64,000 nucleotides of DNA from NCBI RefSeq assembly GCF_902652985.1, contig NC_047016.1, positions 50,592,001 through 50,656,000 of the forward strand. Reading direction: 5' to 3'. The stretch comes from Pecten maximus (taxonomy: Eukaryota). Shown one piece after another: positions 50,620-64,000 of the stretch (position 1 is the stretch's first letter; every line of letters begins with the position of its first letter). Below the pieces are notes generated by a model. The model was not told the origin of the DNA. It saw only the letters and a list, made by a program, of their open reading frames with translations, and did no database searches. A program made the position numbers and the translations under genes.

Positions 50620-51522
50620 AAGATTTCAAGATTTCAAGATTTTATTGGTTCACTCATGACATATATACATATGTAACAAGAGGTCATAAAGGGGAAAAAG
50701 AGAACTATTGGATGGACAAAGTAATCAATAGACAAATCAAGATAAATCATACAAATCATGAATTATTCTAATGTTCTTTACATACTTAAAAGCTTAATTA
50801 CTCTTTGGATAAAACGACTTACTTTACTTAACAAACCTGAATTACATATAGAGAACATTCCTTTCATTTTGTCACAATTAGGATTAATATAATAATATTT
50901 TGGTATATAAATTGCTCGTAGTGCTACAACAGAATCATTTTTACAGACATATAGATAGTGGTACTCATCACCAACACAGTTTGTACAGAGAGGACATAAC
51001 CTTTCCTCGCGAGGAACGTTATTCCATCTCCCTGTCTCTATAGGAAATTTTAAATTAGAAGTTCTAAATTTACACAAATATCTTCGGTCGTTATGATTCA
51101 ATTTCAATAGGTATGGTTCAAAATTAAACTGAGATTTATACAAAGAATATACTTGTCCTCGCGAGGAGCTATCAATTTCATTAAACCATTTTTGAACAAA
51201 TTGATCTTGAAGTCTTTGTTTAATGATTATTTTAAGATATTCTCTATTACTTGTACAAGAATGTTGAAGTAACCATATATCATTAAAACCAGTATTGTTC
51301 AATATGTCTCGTATATATAATAACCATCTAGAACTAAATACTGAATCCTGATGTAACTTGTACATTAATTTATACATTGAAGTAGATAATTTCATTTCGC
51401 CTGTTATGAGTTTATGCCAAAACATAATCATTCTTGTTTTTATTTCAATTTCTAAAGGGTACCTACCCAATTCACCATATACCATATAATTTGGCGTACT
51501 TGTGCGAACATTTAAAATGCGT
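50620..51522 (-). mobile_element. 3' fragment of a LINE (RTE-X-like) with (ATCTTGAA)n tail
   Basis: ORF 50778-51485 has VYGELGRYPL, IETGRW and CPLC...EYHYLYVC, followed by AATAAA and a repeat tail. A more decayed relative lies at ~49990-50180. Confidence 0.85.
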
Positions 51523-54500
51523 ACATGGCTTTCTTTGCTTGTTCCGATAATTTACTTCTGGCTTTTGTGAAAACACCATTATAATTTAACATTAATCCAA
51601 GATATGTATAGGAGTCTTGTATATCTAAACTCTCATTATTGAATAAAAAGTTGACGTTTCTTCGACTTTTTCTTTTTTCCAGAGTTGGTGTTCGGGGAAG
51701 ACCCCAGTGGGTGAGGGTGTGCTAGCCGCTAGGGTGCTTATCATATATGGTTGTTACATTTTAGTGATAAGTTGTAAAACTTAAGCTAATAAAAGAAACT
51801 AAAGAAACTGAAAATTGTTCCGTGTAATTTACTTACCGACCGAGATCATTCAAAAACGACTACCTGTATGTTATGCCGGAGTGATTAAATGCCATGGCTT
51901 CTAAATACACCATTTATCTATCAATTGGGCCTGATTATTAATTAAACCCATTATCGGGAGTGACAACACACGTCATCGTAATCAGTCAGGGCATTTGCGG
52001 GAGAGGTGTGAAATCTTGCCGCGGGGGTCACGACAAACACCTGTCATTTTTCATTTCATTTCAACAAATTTTATTGACAAGATGTTAATATCAATTGGAT
52101 CGAAAACAGGCAAGCCTACATAAATTCTTTCCATGGTGGATTGAGTGATCGAATATAACTGCATTTATGAATTCATATAGGATAAATGTTTTTTAAAACA
52201 AGCATCTTCTTGGACAGCCTATTGGCTGTACCAGATTAGTGGGGCAAGTTCCCTTAAAGATCTAATCAATGGGGCTGTTTCCTTTAATATTAATCAAGCA
52301 GCTTCAGGACCCAGATTTTGGGAGCATCTCAAACATCCCTATGACCTAGTTAACCACATTGTGTAGCTAGCCTGCAGCCATTTCAACAGGAACGACAACA
52401 TTTTCCCTCCCTCCCACCCAATTTACCAGATGGGTTACAGTAGTATATTTTGCTATGAACTTTAAATTTTGTTAACTGGTACCAACTTTCTGCCCAGAGT
52501 TCTCTACATTACAGACTTCAACATACCATGGCCACAGAGGGGCCTAGATGGCCACAGCCAGTAGGTACCTACTAGCTGCGATAACGTAGCTCTGGACGAC
52601 GGACGGACAATTTCTGACAGATGGTCGTCGTCAGAGCTACGATTCCCTCCCATTGCTCGTAATGTAGCAAAACAGTGAACCTCGAAAATGCTACAAATAG
52701 CGGATATCGTTTAACTTTGGAGTAATAGTTGGTATAATTAAACATTTCTAACACAATTTTACAATGTATTAGCCTACCGTCTAACCTGGAAATCTTTATT
52801 TCGCATATTCTGATATCATACTGCTTGGAGTTGTCTCCGTGATCCGCCATGTTACTTCTCGAAGAACTCTCGCGAGGATGCTGACCCAAATATGGAGCCC
52901 GTGACCATATATGGATGAAGCTACTACGATAAATAAATACATTATCAGAGATATTTAACCTCTGTTTTGTAACTCTTGTGAAGAAAGCGAATCTTACTTT
53001 GCGTAATTAAATAATTTCAGAATGAATTGACCTTCCTTACTGAGGTATATTACTCAGAATCTGTTTTTCTGTTGAAATCTTGCGGGAAACCTCATTAGCA
53101 TCAATTTATTTTGATTTCCTTATAAGGAAATTGACCTTTACACTTGTATCAAAGATAGCGGTATGTTTGAACTGATATCTCCGTGTGTCTTGCTCGTTTT
53201 GGATTTTACTATTTATTGTCAAACAATTGACGTAATGTGTAGGTTTGTGGCTTGAATATTAATAATAGATACCAGAATCATCAATTTACATGTGTTTTTT
53301 TATCCGAGAAATTTTTTACCACCGCTAATACTGCCCGATGTGAATAACATCGGAGCTTGCTACACTATCGGCAATGGGAGGGACTTCATACCCTGCCGGA
53401 CAGCAGTGTAGGCAGGGTATGAATATTCGTTCTAGGTACCTACCGGAGTCTAAAATTTACCTGTGTTTGACTTTTCTACACACAGGTATACCTGGTGTGC
53501 TTTGATATGTGAAGGATGACAAACTTTCACGAACCTTGAATTATGGGCTTGGACACCTTTTAACCAGGATGTGGCGTGACTTAAATAAATTACATAAATT
53601 CTGCAGGTAACCAGTTTACAATTTGACAGTGTTATTTGTGGTTCAAGAATATGAATACATTACATTGGTGTGTCGTGTCTGCTACAAGGAACATTTGCAC
53701 AGTTACAGACTGGATGGGTAGCTCTACATCTACGAAAAGGATATTGAATTTGATGGACCATGTGTATATGATGTATGTTGTGCATGCAAGTAATGGAACT
53801 GAACTTGACTTCCATAGATTGATTGACTTGCATAATTTATTACATTGTGGAAGAGTTAATGTTGAGTCACTGTGACTAGTGCCTATTTAACAGTATTATG
53901 TACATTCAATAATTGCCGATTCTTGTAATGCTATAACTTTGGATATTATATCTATGGTATGTATAGTTTTTGGATACTGGAGCTCGGTATGAGTGTTATT
54001 AATGTCAATTAACAATATACAGAGAATAAGTGCAAATTACCAAAGATAACACAATGAGGATGATCTAATTATGTGTAATTTGTCATAGCAGGATGGAGAT
54101 CCAGGTGGGTTGGCGGGATTCTGGGGATTCAGACTCGAAGGCGATCATTGTTGACTTCAACCCAGTTCTAGGTTAGGTCTCAAAAAAAAAAAAAAAAAAA
54201 TTGAATCCATGATTTACCATGGGGGGACAGGAATTTCAGTCCACTCCCGAGAAACCGGGTGGGGCGCCCTAGCTACTTCACTGGTGTTAATTACCACCGG
54301 GGAGTTTTTTGTCCACTGTAGAAAGGTTATATGTTATATAATTTACCCTAGGGACAGGAAATAGATACATACAATTTATATACATGTTATGGAGACCATG
54401 AAAAAATTACGGTATAAATTATTCTGGGTTGTTGTACGATTGCTCCCACTCAAAAGCTACTTTGGGGGGATGAGGCCAACCCGTGCTACCTGGGTGGCGC

Positions 54501-56714
54501 TGATGTGCCCTATATGTATTGGAGAATACAGGCGGTCAGTTTCTGAATTCTTAGGATCCTGCCAGACATCGCTATGGCCTAATATATAGCAATTTATGTA
54601 AATCTATGGATATCCTAATTTGGTAAGTGTAAAGGCGCTAGTCATAGATCAATTTTGTTCATTAATAAATAATAGTTTATCAGATTGAATTTCTTATTGT
54701 CTTGTTTTAATTACAATCTTATAAATTAATTGGTCTAAATATTTTGAAATGAAATACATAATATAAACAAAGGAATTAAACGGAAGTTACTATTTTTCTA
54801 GCAAAAGATAAACACAGAATATGTAACATAAAGCACGTAAATAGAAAAGCGGAAATGACTCTGACTCATCAGAGAGATTGGAACGTTTGAAGACACAGGT
54901 CCTTGTATGACAATAATATGTCAAAACTACTTTTTACTGCATATAAAATATTATATAACAGGGCAACAACTTAAGTGGAGTTTAATTAACGAAAAATCAA
55001 AAAAAAATGTTAACATTAAAAATAGGTACCAACGATTTGTGCATTAGTTAATATAATTTTAAAAAAATGAATAAAGACGTGTTTTTAACTATCTATGATT
55101 GGGGTCACGTATTGGATCGCCTATGCAGAACTCCAAATAAAAAATGACCATGTGATAGTATAGACAACGTGTTTATACTGTGCACATTCACGTGGAAGGC
55201 AATTTGTTACTGGCAAGACGAACACGTACACACGTGTGCGTATAATATTTTGCACGTTGTTGGGTAATAGAGAAGGAAGTGTTTGTTCATATATATAAAT
55301 ATAAGGACTCAGGACTTATTTATAAATATATTTATGGAGACTCATGATATAGGATTAAGTATTCAATATTTAGGTAAGTTTTATACGTATATTTATATTT
55401 AAATTATCTTTTGATTGACATTTACCTGCATAATGCATTGGACACACCGTACCTATGAGAGCATAGAGGCATTATACCGATGGAAAGTAAATAAACAATT
55501 AGATTTATAAAATAATCATAAAAATATGAAGATTAATGAACATGTTCTGTGGTAATTTCTTAATTAATATACATGCATATATTTAAGGAAAAATTCCTGG
55601 ATTTCAACCAGAAATTTAGTTGTTCACCATAAGCCATAGCTAGAACAAAGACGTACATTAATATTGAACATGGAGTAATACAGGATATATGAGACGATTA
55701 AATAGATATGGCATATGAGATTCATTAGATGATTTACATGCACTGTATATTTCCTTGATACATATACAGTCAAACCTCGTTAACTCGAAGTCGTCGGGAT
55801 CGTGAAAAAACTTCCGAGTTATCCGAGTCTTCCAGTAAACCGAGTTTCAAGGTAACACGCATCCTTAACAGAAACACGCCTATTTGATTTCAAATACTAA
55901 TTATAACAAAATCGTATTTATTATTTATGCTAGACACGACATTTCTAAAAAGTAAATTATATATGATACAATACTATCATATCGTTTTGAAATCAAGTAA
56001 GCCAGTATATTTGTGATTGGGAGTCGTGTCTGACATGCCATTTCTAAGTGAGTGAAAGACGAGAAGATTAATTGAGGCTTATGAAAATAAGCCAGGTTTG
56101 AATGAACAAACATAGATATACTTACCTGATTAAAATAGTTATATATATAGAAGTAGATGAAATCAGAAGTTATAGGATGTTTTAAAGATATAATGTAATG
56201 AATAACTTCTTTTAGATCTAGTATGTACACAATCAAGATACAATCCTAAATATATAGTAACCATCAGTAGAGCTCTCTGATTGGTTAAGAAAATTAGAGG
56301 GGACGCCATTGTGTTTACAGCTTCAGTAACAGAAAGACGTCTCAAATGTGTCTCAAAAAATCTTCATAATCTGGATCAAATCATAGCAATATAACATCTT
56401 AACGGTATTATTATGCAGATGGACGATATTCTGAACATGTCATAGGTTCTGTGAACGAGGATACTTCTCTAGTGTGTGAATCAAAAGGACTTGCAGTCAT
56501 AGACAACTTTCTAAACAATCCTTTGTTTACGTATGGAATATTGAACGTGAATTGTCAATAAGTCTGTCGGAACTCTAAAATAGTTAGGACCCTGGACTGA
56601 ACAGACGGAATTTATTTCCAAAGAGATGTGTTTTGTTTCCCTACCATCGCACTTAAATTGAGTTTGCGTTCGGTAGCCCAGGAAGGATTTTGAACTGTAG
56701 ATTTAGCTCCTATC

Positions 56715-58197
56715 ATGGCTAGCCGTAGATCCAGATCTACAACCAGACACAACCCATGGGACTCCTCAAACCCTGAAAATTGGACAGTGTCGCAATTAAG
56801 GACAGAATTGGAGAAAATCGGGATTATTGCGCCTAATACGGGCATCAACAAGACTGGTTTAAAAAACATGTATTTAGAAAACGCGGGATGCAGCGCGAGA
56901 AGATCAAACTCGATCATCACGAGTCAGACAAACTCCCAGCCCGAGAGCGTGGACGTGCACGAAAACGATGGTCTGATCGCTTACCCTATGCAGACTGAAC
57001 CCACGAACAATTATGGGCCCGACCCTGCAAGGACAGACGGCGGACTACATTGCGACGCGGAGGTGCGACCTGCTAACAGCACGCCAACAAGTCCGCCACT
57101 ATCGCGCAGTAATACCAGCCCACCGGAAACGGCGGATCAAACAGAAAACAACATGGCGGCGCCCAGTGCTCAAAATACGGACGTCATTCAAAGTATGCTG
57201 GCATCTATGCAGAGCATGCAACAGACCGTCATGGGTCTTCAACAAACCGTCATGACATTGATCGGGTCCCGAGACGACCAACGACGAATACAAGCGAGAC
57301 ATGACGCAACAGAATCCGGTTACAACCTATCAACAGCATACAATGTACGCCGCGATGAGACGTGATACAGAGGGAACCTCACAAACGGACAGAGTACAAG
57401 GTGGGTACACAGCTTGTGGCATATCATCTGAAAGTATTCCTCATATTGATATTGTGTCCGACGCAAATAAAAAGAACATTCTTGAGGGTCGTTACGTTAA
57501 TTTGGCCTCGCTCCTCATACCAAAATACGACACAGAACGATCAGAAGAACAACAACGTAGGGGCATATACATTAACATGAACGACAGTGAAGACCAGAGA
57601 CTAAACAAATCACTGACAATTTCGGAATTTATTACTGCTTTTGGCAAGTTTAAACGGATAATGTGTGGGAAATGCCCAGAAAGAAGAGGAGAGCTCGAGA
57701 TCTACGAGGCCCACATCATAGAAATATCCAACATATATGGCCAGAAATTCTATGACTATCATTGCCAGTTTGCCCTAAAAGCAGCCACAGCACTGAGGGA
57801 TAATAACCAGAAAGTTAATTGGGGCCTGAAAGATAATGGACTCCTGAGCATGGTGGTTGGTAACGCTAAAGTGAACGCATGTCAGTTATGTTCGTCCACA
57901 ACTCACTCCACATCATTCTGTTCCCAACAAAAGAATAGGCGGCCAGGGAAAAACTCACAGCAACAATATAACGGCTCACCACAAGGCTCGAACTCGAAGG
58001 ACACGGACAAATATGGACGTCCAAAAATAAAAATAGATGGAGTTGAAGTTTGCAATAACTTCAATGATGGGAAAAGCCACTATGATACAGGATGTCATTT
58101 CAAACACATCTGCCACACATGTAAAGCTACCAGCCATGGAGCCAAGTCGTGCCGTAAGAACTTAAATGCAAGATCCCGCAGTGACGAGGCCCAATGA
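56715..58197 (+). pseudogene. gag-like ORF1 (frameshifted) with N-terminal SAP/HeH-like helix pair and C-terminal zinc fingers
   Basis: NWTVSQLRTEL, YVNLASLL, FYDYHCQF, CQLC..H..C and CNNFN...C...HIC..C...H...C motifs. Deleting 57342-57348 joins the two ORFs. Confidence 0.8.
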
Positions 58198-58212
58198 CTA
58201 CCCCATCAACCA

Positions 58213-59858
58213 GTGGAGAAAGACAACTCCAGCAAAGCCACAACACCTATAAATATAGACAGATTGAGAAAGGAACTTGTTGAACATCCGGATCGCGAAT
58301 TTGTCAATTATTTATGTGACGGACTGACATATGGTTTCGACACAATGATATCAAATATAGAACTGACAACCAAAGTATGCAAGAACCTGAGGTCAGCTAT
58401 AAATGATGATATGACTGTGGACAAACTCGTAGAGAGCGAAGTAAGCAAAGGATTTCTGTGCGGACCATACAAACAATTGCATTTTCACTCTTGTAGAGTC
58501 AGTCCCATCGGTGTCTCCTATGGAAAGTATTCAGGGAAACCAAGGCTCATAGTAGACCTTTCGTCACCACATCAGGATGAACAACACCCTAGTGTCAACG
58601 ACTTAATTAGCAAAGAAGAATGTTCCTTATCATATGTCCGTATTGATGACGCAATAAATCTTATCCAACAACTCGGAAATGATACTACAATGTGCAAAAC
58701 AGATATATCGGACGCATTTAAGTTAATGCCTATACATCCATTACAGTGGCACTTGTACTGTATAGGTTGGAAGGGCAGCTTCTACTACTATACTAAGCTA
58801 GCTTTTGGGTGCCGGTCCAGCCCAAGGTTTTTGACAATCTTTCAACAGCCATATGCTGGATTGCTAGAAACAATTATGGCATTGACCATATTTTACATCT
58901 GTTGGATGATTTCATCACATTTGAAGAACCAGGAAAATGTGGTGACAGAAATATGTCTATGTTGTATGTCATCTTCAATGGCCTAAATATACCGATGGCT
59001 CTACATAAGACCTGCGGACCAAACACAGTGATATAATACCTAGGTATCATTCTGGACTCTCATAAAATGGAAGCTAGACTGCCGATAGACAAACTTCAGC
59101 GAGATACAGAGATACTCCGATCATTTCAGAACCGTCAGTCGTGTACAAAGAGAGAACTTCTTCAACTATTAGGTCATTTAAATTTTGCCAGTAAAGTTAT
59201 TATCCCAGGACGCAGTTTCGTATCACACATCATTAAGTTATCGACTACTGTGAAAGCCCTACACCACCATGTCAAACTGAATAGTGAATGTAGGGAGGAC
59301 ATTAGAATGTGGTTAACTTTTCTGCAATACTGGAACGGAGTAGGCATTTTTTATGATCTACAGATAACTACAACAGAGGACATCAAGTTGTACACAGATG
59401 CGTCTGGAACTAGAGGATTCGGGGGCTACCTACAGGGACAGTGGTTCTCCCAGGCATGGCCACCGAATATGCAGGATTATGTTCATAGCACGGACGAGAT
59501 ATCCATAGCTTTCAAGGAGTTGTACCCCATAGTCGTGGCAGCTATGATATGGGGACACAGATGGAAAGGCTTGCGAATCATATTTATGTGTGATAATATC
59601 GCGACCGTTGCCATTTTACATAAAGGCCGCTCGAAATCGGCGCATATCATGCCACTTATGAGGCGTCTTACTATGTGCGCAGCTAGAAATAACTTTGTGA
59701 TTATGGCTACACACGTACCTGGCAAACTTAATTTGATAGCTGACTCTCTGTCTCGTTTACAGATGGCACGGTTCCGCACACTAGCCCCAGAAGCAGACTA
59801 CATTCCTTGCCAAGTGCCACATCCGAAGGTCATCTTGTGGAACTCAGAAGAACCGTAG
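58213..59858 (+). pseudogene. RT-RNase H ORF, disrupted by a frameshift (~58820) and a stop (59034-59036)
   Basis: RLIVDLS, KTDISDAF, LAFGCRSSP, HLLDDF, YTDASG, KELYPI, CDN and ADSLSR motifs. Confidence 0.9.
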
Positions 59859-60814
59859 ACGGCTTGTGGGAGAATGCTATAGCCCCAAGTACAAGGCAAA
59901 CATACAGCACAGGTTTCAAAACCTTTCTTCAATTCCTCCTGATGTCAGGTATTATGGCTTGTGTGAACTACAGTGACATGTCTGTCACAGAGGATATGTT
60001 GATCTATTTTGTGGCCCACTGCCACAATAGCAACCTCTCTTACGCAACCATCAAGCTATACCTATGTGGAATTAGATTTATGTGCTTACAGAAAGACATA
60101 CCTTACCCTAGTAATGCTAATCTAGCCTGTATGCAGGCCGTCCTTGGAGGGGTGAAACGTGGGCGCGTGAAAACAGTTAAACCAAGATATCCAATTACAT
60201 TTAACATTCTAAGAAATATATGTGGTTATTTGCGTAAGAACTCGAACTCCTTTTGTGACCTCATGTTAGAAACTGCTTGTACAATAGCCTTTTGGGGGTT
60301 TTTGAGATGTGGCGAGTTTACGGTGAAATCCAATTTTGACTCTAACGACAATCTTTGTGTAGAGGACATGACAATCGCTAACGACTATGTACTTCTATAT
60401 CTGAAAAAGTCGAAAACGGATCCTTTCAGAGAAGGAATCATGTTGAAGCTCTTTAAAACGAACAAATTTGTATGCCCACATTGTGTATGTAGCAAGTATA
60501 TGGAAAGTCGCCAACGGCAGACGCCCTCCCCAAAAGACCCATTATTTGTGACAGTCGACGGACAACCCTTGACTAGAAAAGTTTTCATTACTAAACTGCG
60601 GCATGTACTGGAATGCTTAAATATAAACTCTGACTTGTACAATGGGCACTCCTTCCGAATAGGAGCGGCCACATCTGCAGCAGCAGTGCATATCGAGGAC
60701 CATCTTATCAAAGTGCTGGGTAGGTGGTCCTCTGACGCATATTGCAGGTACATACGAACACCACAATCCACGATCAGGGACGCTCAAATTGCACTAACTG
60801 CTACGTATCCATAG
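59807..60814 (+). CDS. Tyrosine recombinase (intact, 335 aa)
   Basis: FLRCGEF, SKTD, GHSFRIGAA, GRWSS and YCRYIR give the R-K-H-R-W-Y catalytic set. Confidence 0.93.
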   Translation: MPSATSEGHLVELRRTVDGLWENAIAPSTRQTYSTGFKTFLQFLLMSGIMACVNYSDMSVTEDMLIYFVAHCHNSNLSYATIKLYLCGIRFMCLQKDIPYPSNANLACMQAVLGGVKRGRVKTVKPRYPITFNILRNICGYLRKNSNSFCDLMLETACTIAFWGFLRCGEFTVKSNFDSNDNLCVEDMTIANDYVLLYLKKSKTDPFREGIMLKLFKTNKFVCPHCVCSKYMESRQRQTPSPKDPLFVTVDGQPLTRKVFITKLRHVLECLNINSDLYNGHSFRIGAATSAAAVHIEDHLIKVLGRWSSDAYCRYIRTPQSTIRDAQIALTATYP

Positions 60815-62157
60815 AACCGTGTTTTGGTCGACACAAAAAATTAAGTTTTTACAAACATTATTGTGGACGAGTACAGGCTACACTTAGATTCCTACTATAT
60901 TATGTATTTGCGTGTAGGACTATTTGATGGTGCAGTACAAATGTATATACAAATATATTTTATAATCTTAACATTATAATAGCATTTTTGGGGTACTCAG
61001 CTAAATCATTTACATGACATATCCGAGTTATGGCCTTGTTTTCATTCGGATACTAAGAGGGATGGCTATTCCTCATTAAAACTTTCCCAACAATACTCGT
61101 ATATTATTTATAATTTGATATTAGAGGCATTTTATAAGCTGTATGTCTCATAGCTACCCTGCCTACATCTGGTCCCAATGTGCCTGCCAGTCTGAGTAGA
61201 AGGGGTAGGGACTAATTATATAATGATAATTCAGGCTAAGGTGTTGTTCCTCCTCTGGATTAGGTTTGCAATACTATGAACGTAGTAATCTGTCACAACA
61301 AGTTTGTACAGCTACGGATCATATATTTGCATTTGTACGTAATATTGTAGTAATCTGTCGCATGGGAAACCTGCACAGCTACAATTAAATCTGTCAGCCA
61401 TATTGCAGTACTGCGGTAATCTGTCGCCGCCAGTGTTGAATTATCCGAGTTCGAATTATCCGAGTTTTTATTACTAAGAAAAAGAAGGATTTTTGCCGGG
61501 ACCGGAGTAATACTTCGAGTTGAACGGGGTTTTCGAGTTATTCGAGTTCGAGTTAACGAAGTTCGACTCTATATGCATGTACATTATACATGCGAGTGCA
61601 TAAATATATATATACATCTGTATATATATTTGATATACATGTTTACTGCTTTGGAAAGAAGGGTTCAAGTTAACTATGTTATAAAGTATAATGTTATGAA
61701 AATATGATATGAATTTTGGTCACAATAAGACAGTCGTGTTATTTTAAAATTCTTGTCAATGAAGACAATGTGTAAACACGCAAATGAAGTTATTTTTACT
61801 ATGTAAGTATCATCACACATTTGACATGTATTACCCATCTGATGTAAGAGAGCCATTATCTCTTTAATTAAACACCTGTCCAGTGGTCAGTACAGGTAAA
61901 CCTTTTTGGTTAGAATCATGAGATGTCAATTACCTATAATATCATAGCTAACGGGCCATGAAAAAAGTTCGATGTATGATTCGAATAATGAATAGGTTCG
62001 TAAGTAGCGTTATATAGTGAGGAAATCCGGGACCAAGCAAAAAGTTCGATACAGCGAGAAATTCTAATCAACGAAGTTCGAATAATCGAGGTTTGACTGT
62101 AAGTTAAGAGCATTCAAAGCTGAATTCATTAATGAGATATATACACATCAAGTGTAA

Positions 62158-63864
62158 CAGGTCGAGTCGATCGCTTTATAAGGACATAAACATAGATTTA
62201 CGTCACGGGCCTGTTATCCATAATGCATTGCGAGGTTCAGCCAATCGTCTAAATGAGATGTGATCACATGATCTCTTTTACTACACAGTTACTACGCATC
62301 AGTTTTCTAATAATGTTGCAAAAAGTGCAGTTGTTAAAAGAATATGGCTTATCAACCGGTAAAAATTGTCTAAATGATAACTTTATACATAAATTCAATA
62401 TTCTACCTTTGGAATTTGTTACTTAGATGTTAACAAAGACACAAAAATTGGTATCCAAATTCAGTCAATTTACAATGTATTCAGGAAAAATCGGGAATTG
62501 TTTGTTCATTTACTAGTTCCCGAACAGTGGTCAAAAATTGCAGTAATATTTTTTTGCTAGCTGTTTTAACTTTCTCAACTTTCATTCTTGTCACCATTCA
62601 TCTTTTACACTTTCAGGCATCACTCTCACATTCTCATCAATCATCGCAATCAATTTCTGTATCATTCTCAGTTACGTGGAATGTTCTTACTTTATTTAAG
62701 GAATATTTTTTTATTAGTTCAAAAGACCAATTGTTTAACGCTTTTAAACGTTGTGAGTTGTTGACACATTTCAATTTTACTATCATTCGACTTATTTTTT
62801 TCTATTAGAAACACCTAAAGGCCCATTGCATATCAAATTATTGAACGAGTTTAATAAATTCCATATGAAATAGCCACTCGTGTAAGATTCTCTCTATATA
62901 TAATACATGTACATACTAGGTTATCTTTTGTAATTGAGGGCTTCTCGGATTGGATTCCCTAACTTCAAAATGTCATGTCACTTTAATTTATATACGGCAA
63001 TTTCTAGTTGGAACTCCGGTATTAATTGTAAAACTGCTTAATTCTCGTGATGTGTGTGTTACGCGTGTTTGCACGATACACGCATTGATTGACACGTGTC
63101 CTAGTACAAAAATACATGTACATGTATGTGAATACATTATTGATAACGATTTCGGTGCTTATTTTCTCAGTCTTTTATAAAAACGTGAAATTCCAAAGGT
63201 GAAGTTGTTTATAATCTTGTAAACTTTACTGATACAAAATATTGAACAATATATTACATTAATGAATTACCCAGAGCAAAAAAACATATTTATGCACGCA
63301 ACACGTGCTTTTCGCATAGTAAACATGTAGTAAAAGAGATCATAGTGATCACATGGTGGCATGGATCTGCCATCACATAACGAGATAATTTTGTCAACAC
63401 AGTGAGATAAATATACCATATAGCGAGATAATAAAACGACATAGCGAGATAAAACAACCGACATAGCGAGATAATTTAATGCGTTTATGAAGTCGCTATC
63501 TCGACATCTCGCCGCATTAGATGCTACTACTGACATGTTTTTTTTTGTCAAAGTCACGTGACCTCCATTCGGAAGTTCAGCGCGCCAGTGCACACGAGGC
63601 TTGGACAGGGAAGCTGCCACCATACAAAGTACCATCGATAATCGTAACATTTGACATAGTTATCTAACATTGTAGGCCTAGGTGTTGGACCGTTCAGCTA
63701 CCCTATCCAAGCCTCGTGTGCACTGGCGCGCTGAACTTCCGAATGGAGGTCACGTGACTTTGACAAAAAAAAAAAACAACATGTCAGTCGATAATGCATT
63801 ATGGATAACAGGCCGGTGACGTAAATCTTTGTGTATGTCCTTATATAGCGATCGACTCGACCTG
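62158..63864. mobile_element. Non-autonomous TIR element with ~72-bp TIRs
   Basis: CAGGTCGAGTCGATCGCT...TCCATAATGCATT and its reverse complement at 63793-63864; apparent 5-bp TSD TGTAA. Confidence 0.7.
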
Positions 63865-64000
63865 TGTAATGGTTCTTGGCAATGCGAGTCGGTTCCGGTA
63901 AGAAATGAGCTGCAACATTTGTCAAATTAAGCGAGTATTTATGATTTGATGTGACTATGTATATACCTAAACAATGAAATTCAGCAACCATACTATATAT

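Larger units (their letters stand above)
56600..61430 (+). mobile_element. DIRS/Ngaro-type tyrosine-recombinase retrotransposon (near complete, mutated)
   Basis: Co-oriented gag, RT, RNase H and YR with overlapping frames. Boundaries are approximate. Confidence 0.9.
55767..61569. mobile_element. Tc1/pogo-like MITE ends enclosing the YR retrotransposon
   Basis: TA|CAGTCAAACCTCGTTAACTCGAA and TTCGAGTTAACGAAGTTCGACTC|TA. Another related right end lies at 62087-62101. Confidence 0.55.

Noticed and set aside
54855-54885. Hammerhead ribozyme (CTGATGAG on the minus strand)
   Set aside because: No stem II followed by GAAA.
61150-61212. Twister ribozyme (GGTCCCAA...GTAGAAGGGG nested stems)
   Set aside because: It forms a hairpin but lacks the conserved UAA junction and the AAGC/GC pseudoknot. 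A covariance-model search would be needed to reconsider.

Overview
AT-rich eukaryotic genomic DNA, not prokaryotic. The spliced genes and repeat types suggest an invertebrate, probably a bivalve mollusc (inference). Host genes: (i) a 3-exon, ~422-aa uncharacterised protein with PD-(D/E)xK restriction-endonuclease-like motifs (2942-7974, +); (ii) a 3-exon, ~299-aa double-hotdog acyl-ACP-thioesterase-like gene (14022-18893, -); (iii) an NXPE/PC-esterase pseudogene (21455-22246, -). Mobile DNA dominates the rest. There is a young, intact BEL/Pao LTR retrotransposon (31820-40003, TAATT TSD) that lacks a TGG tRNA-type PBS; its post-LTR sequence is instead complementary to its own LTR. There is a near-complete DIRS/Ngaro-type tyrosine-recombinase retrotransposon (~56600-61430) ending in covarying hairpin repeats, and a decayed Ngaro-like element with an SGNH ORF next to a 14-copy palindromic repeat array. 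Also present are 5'-truncated LINEs, several CACAGG-ended foldback elements (including a 1-kb near-perfect palindrome), other MITEs and minisatellites. All family assignments come from motifs read by eye; no database searches were run.
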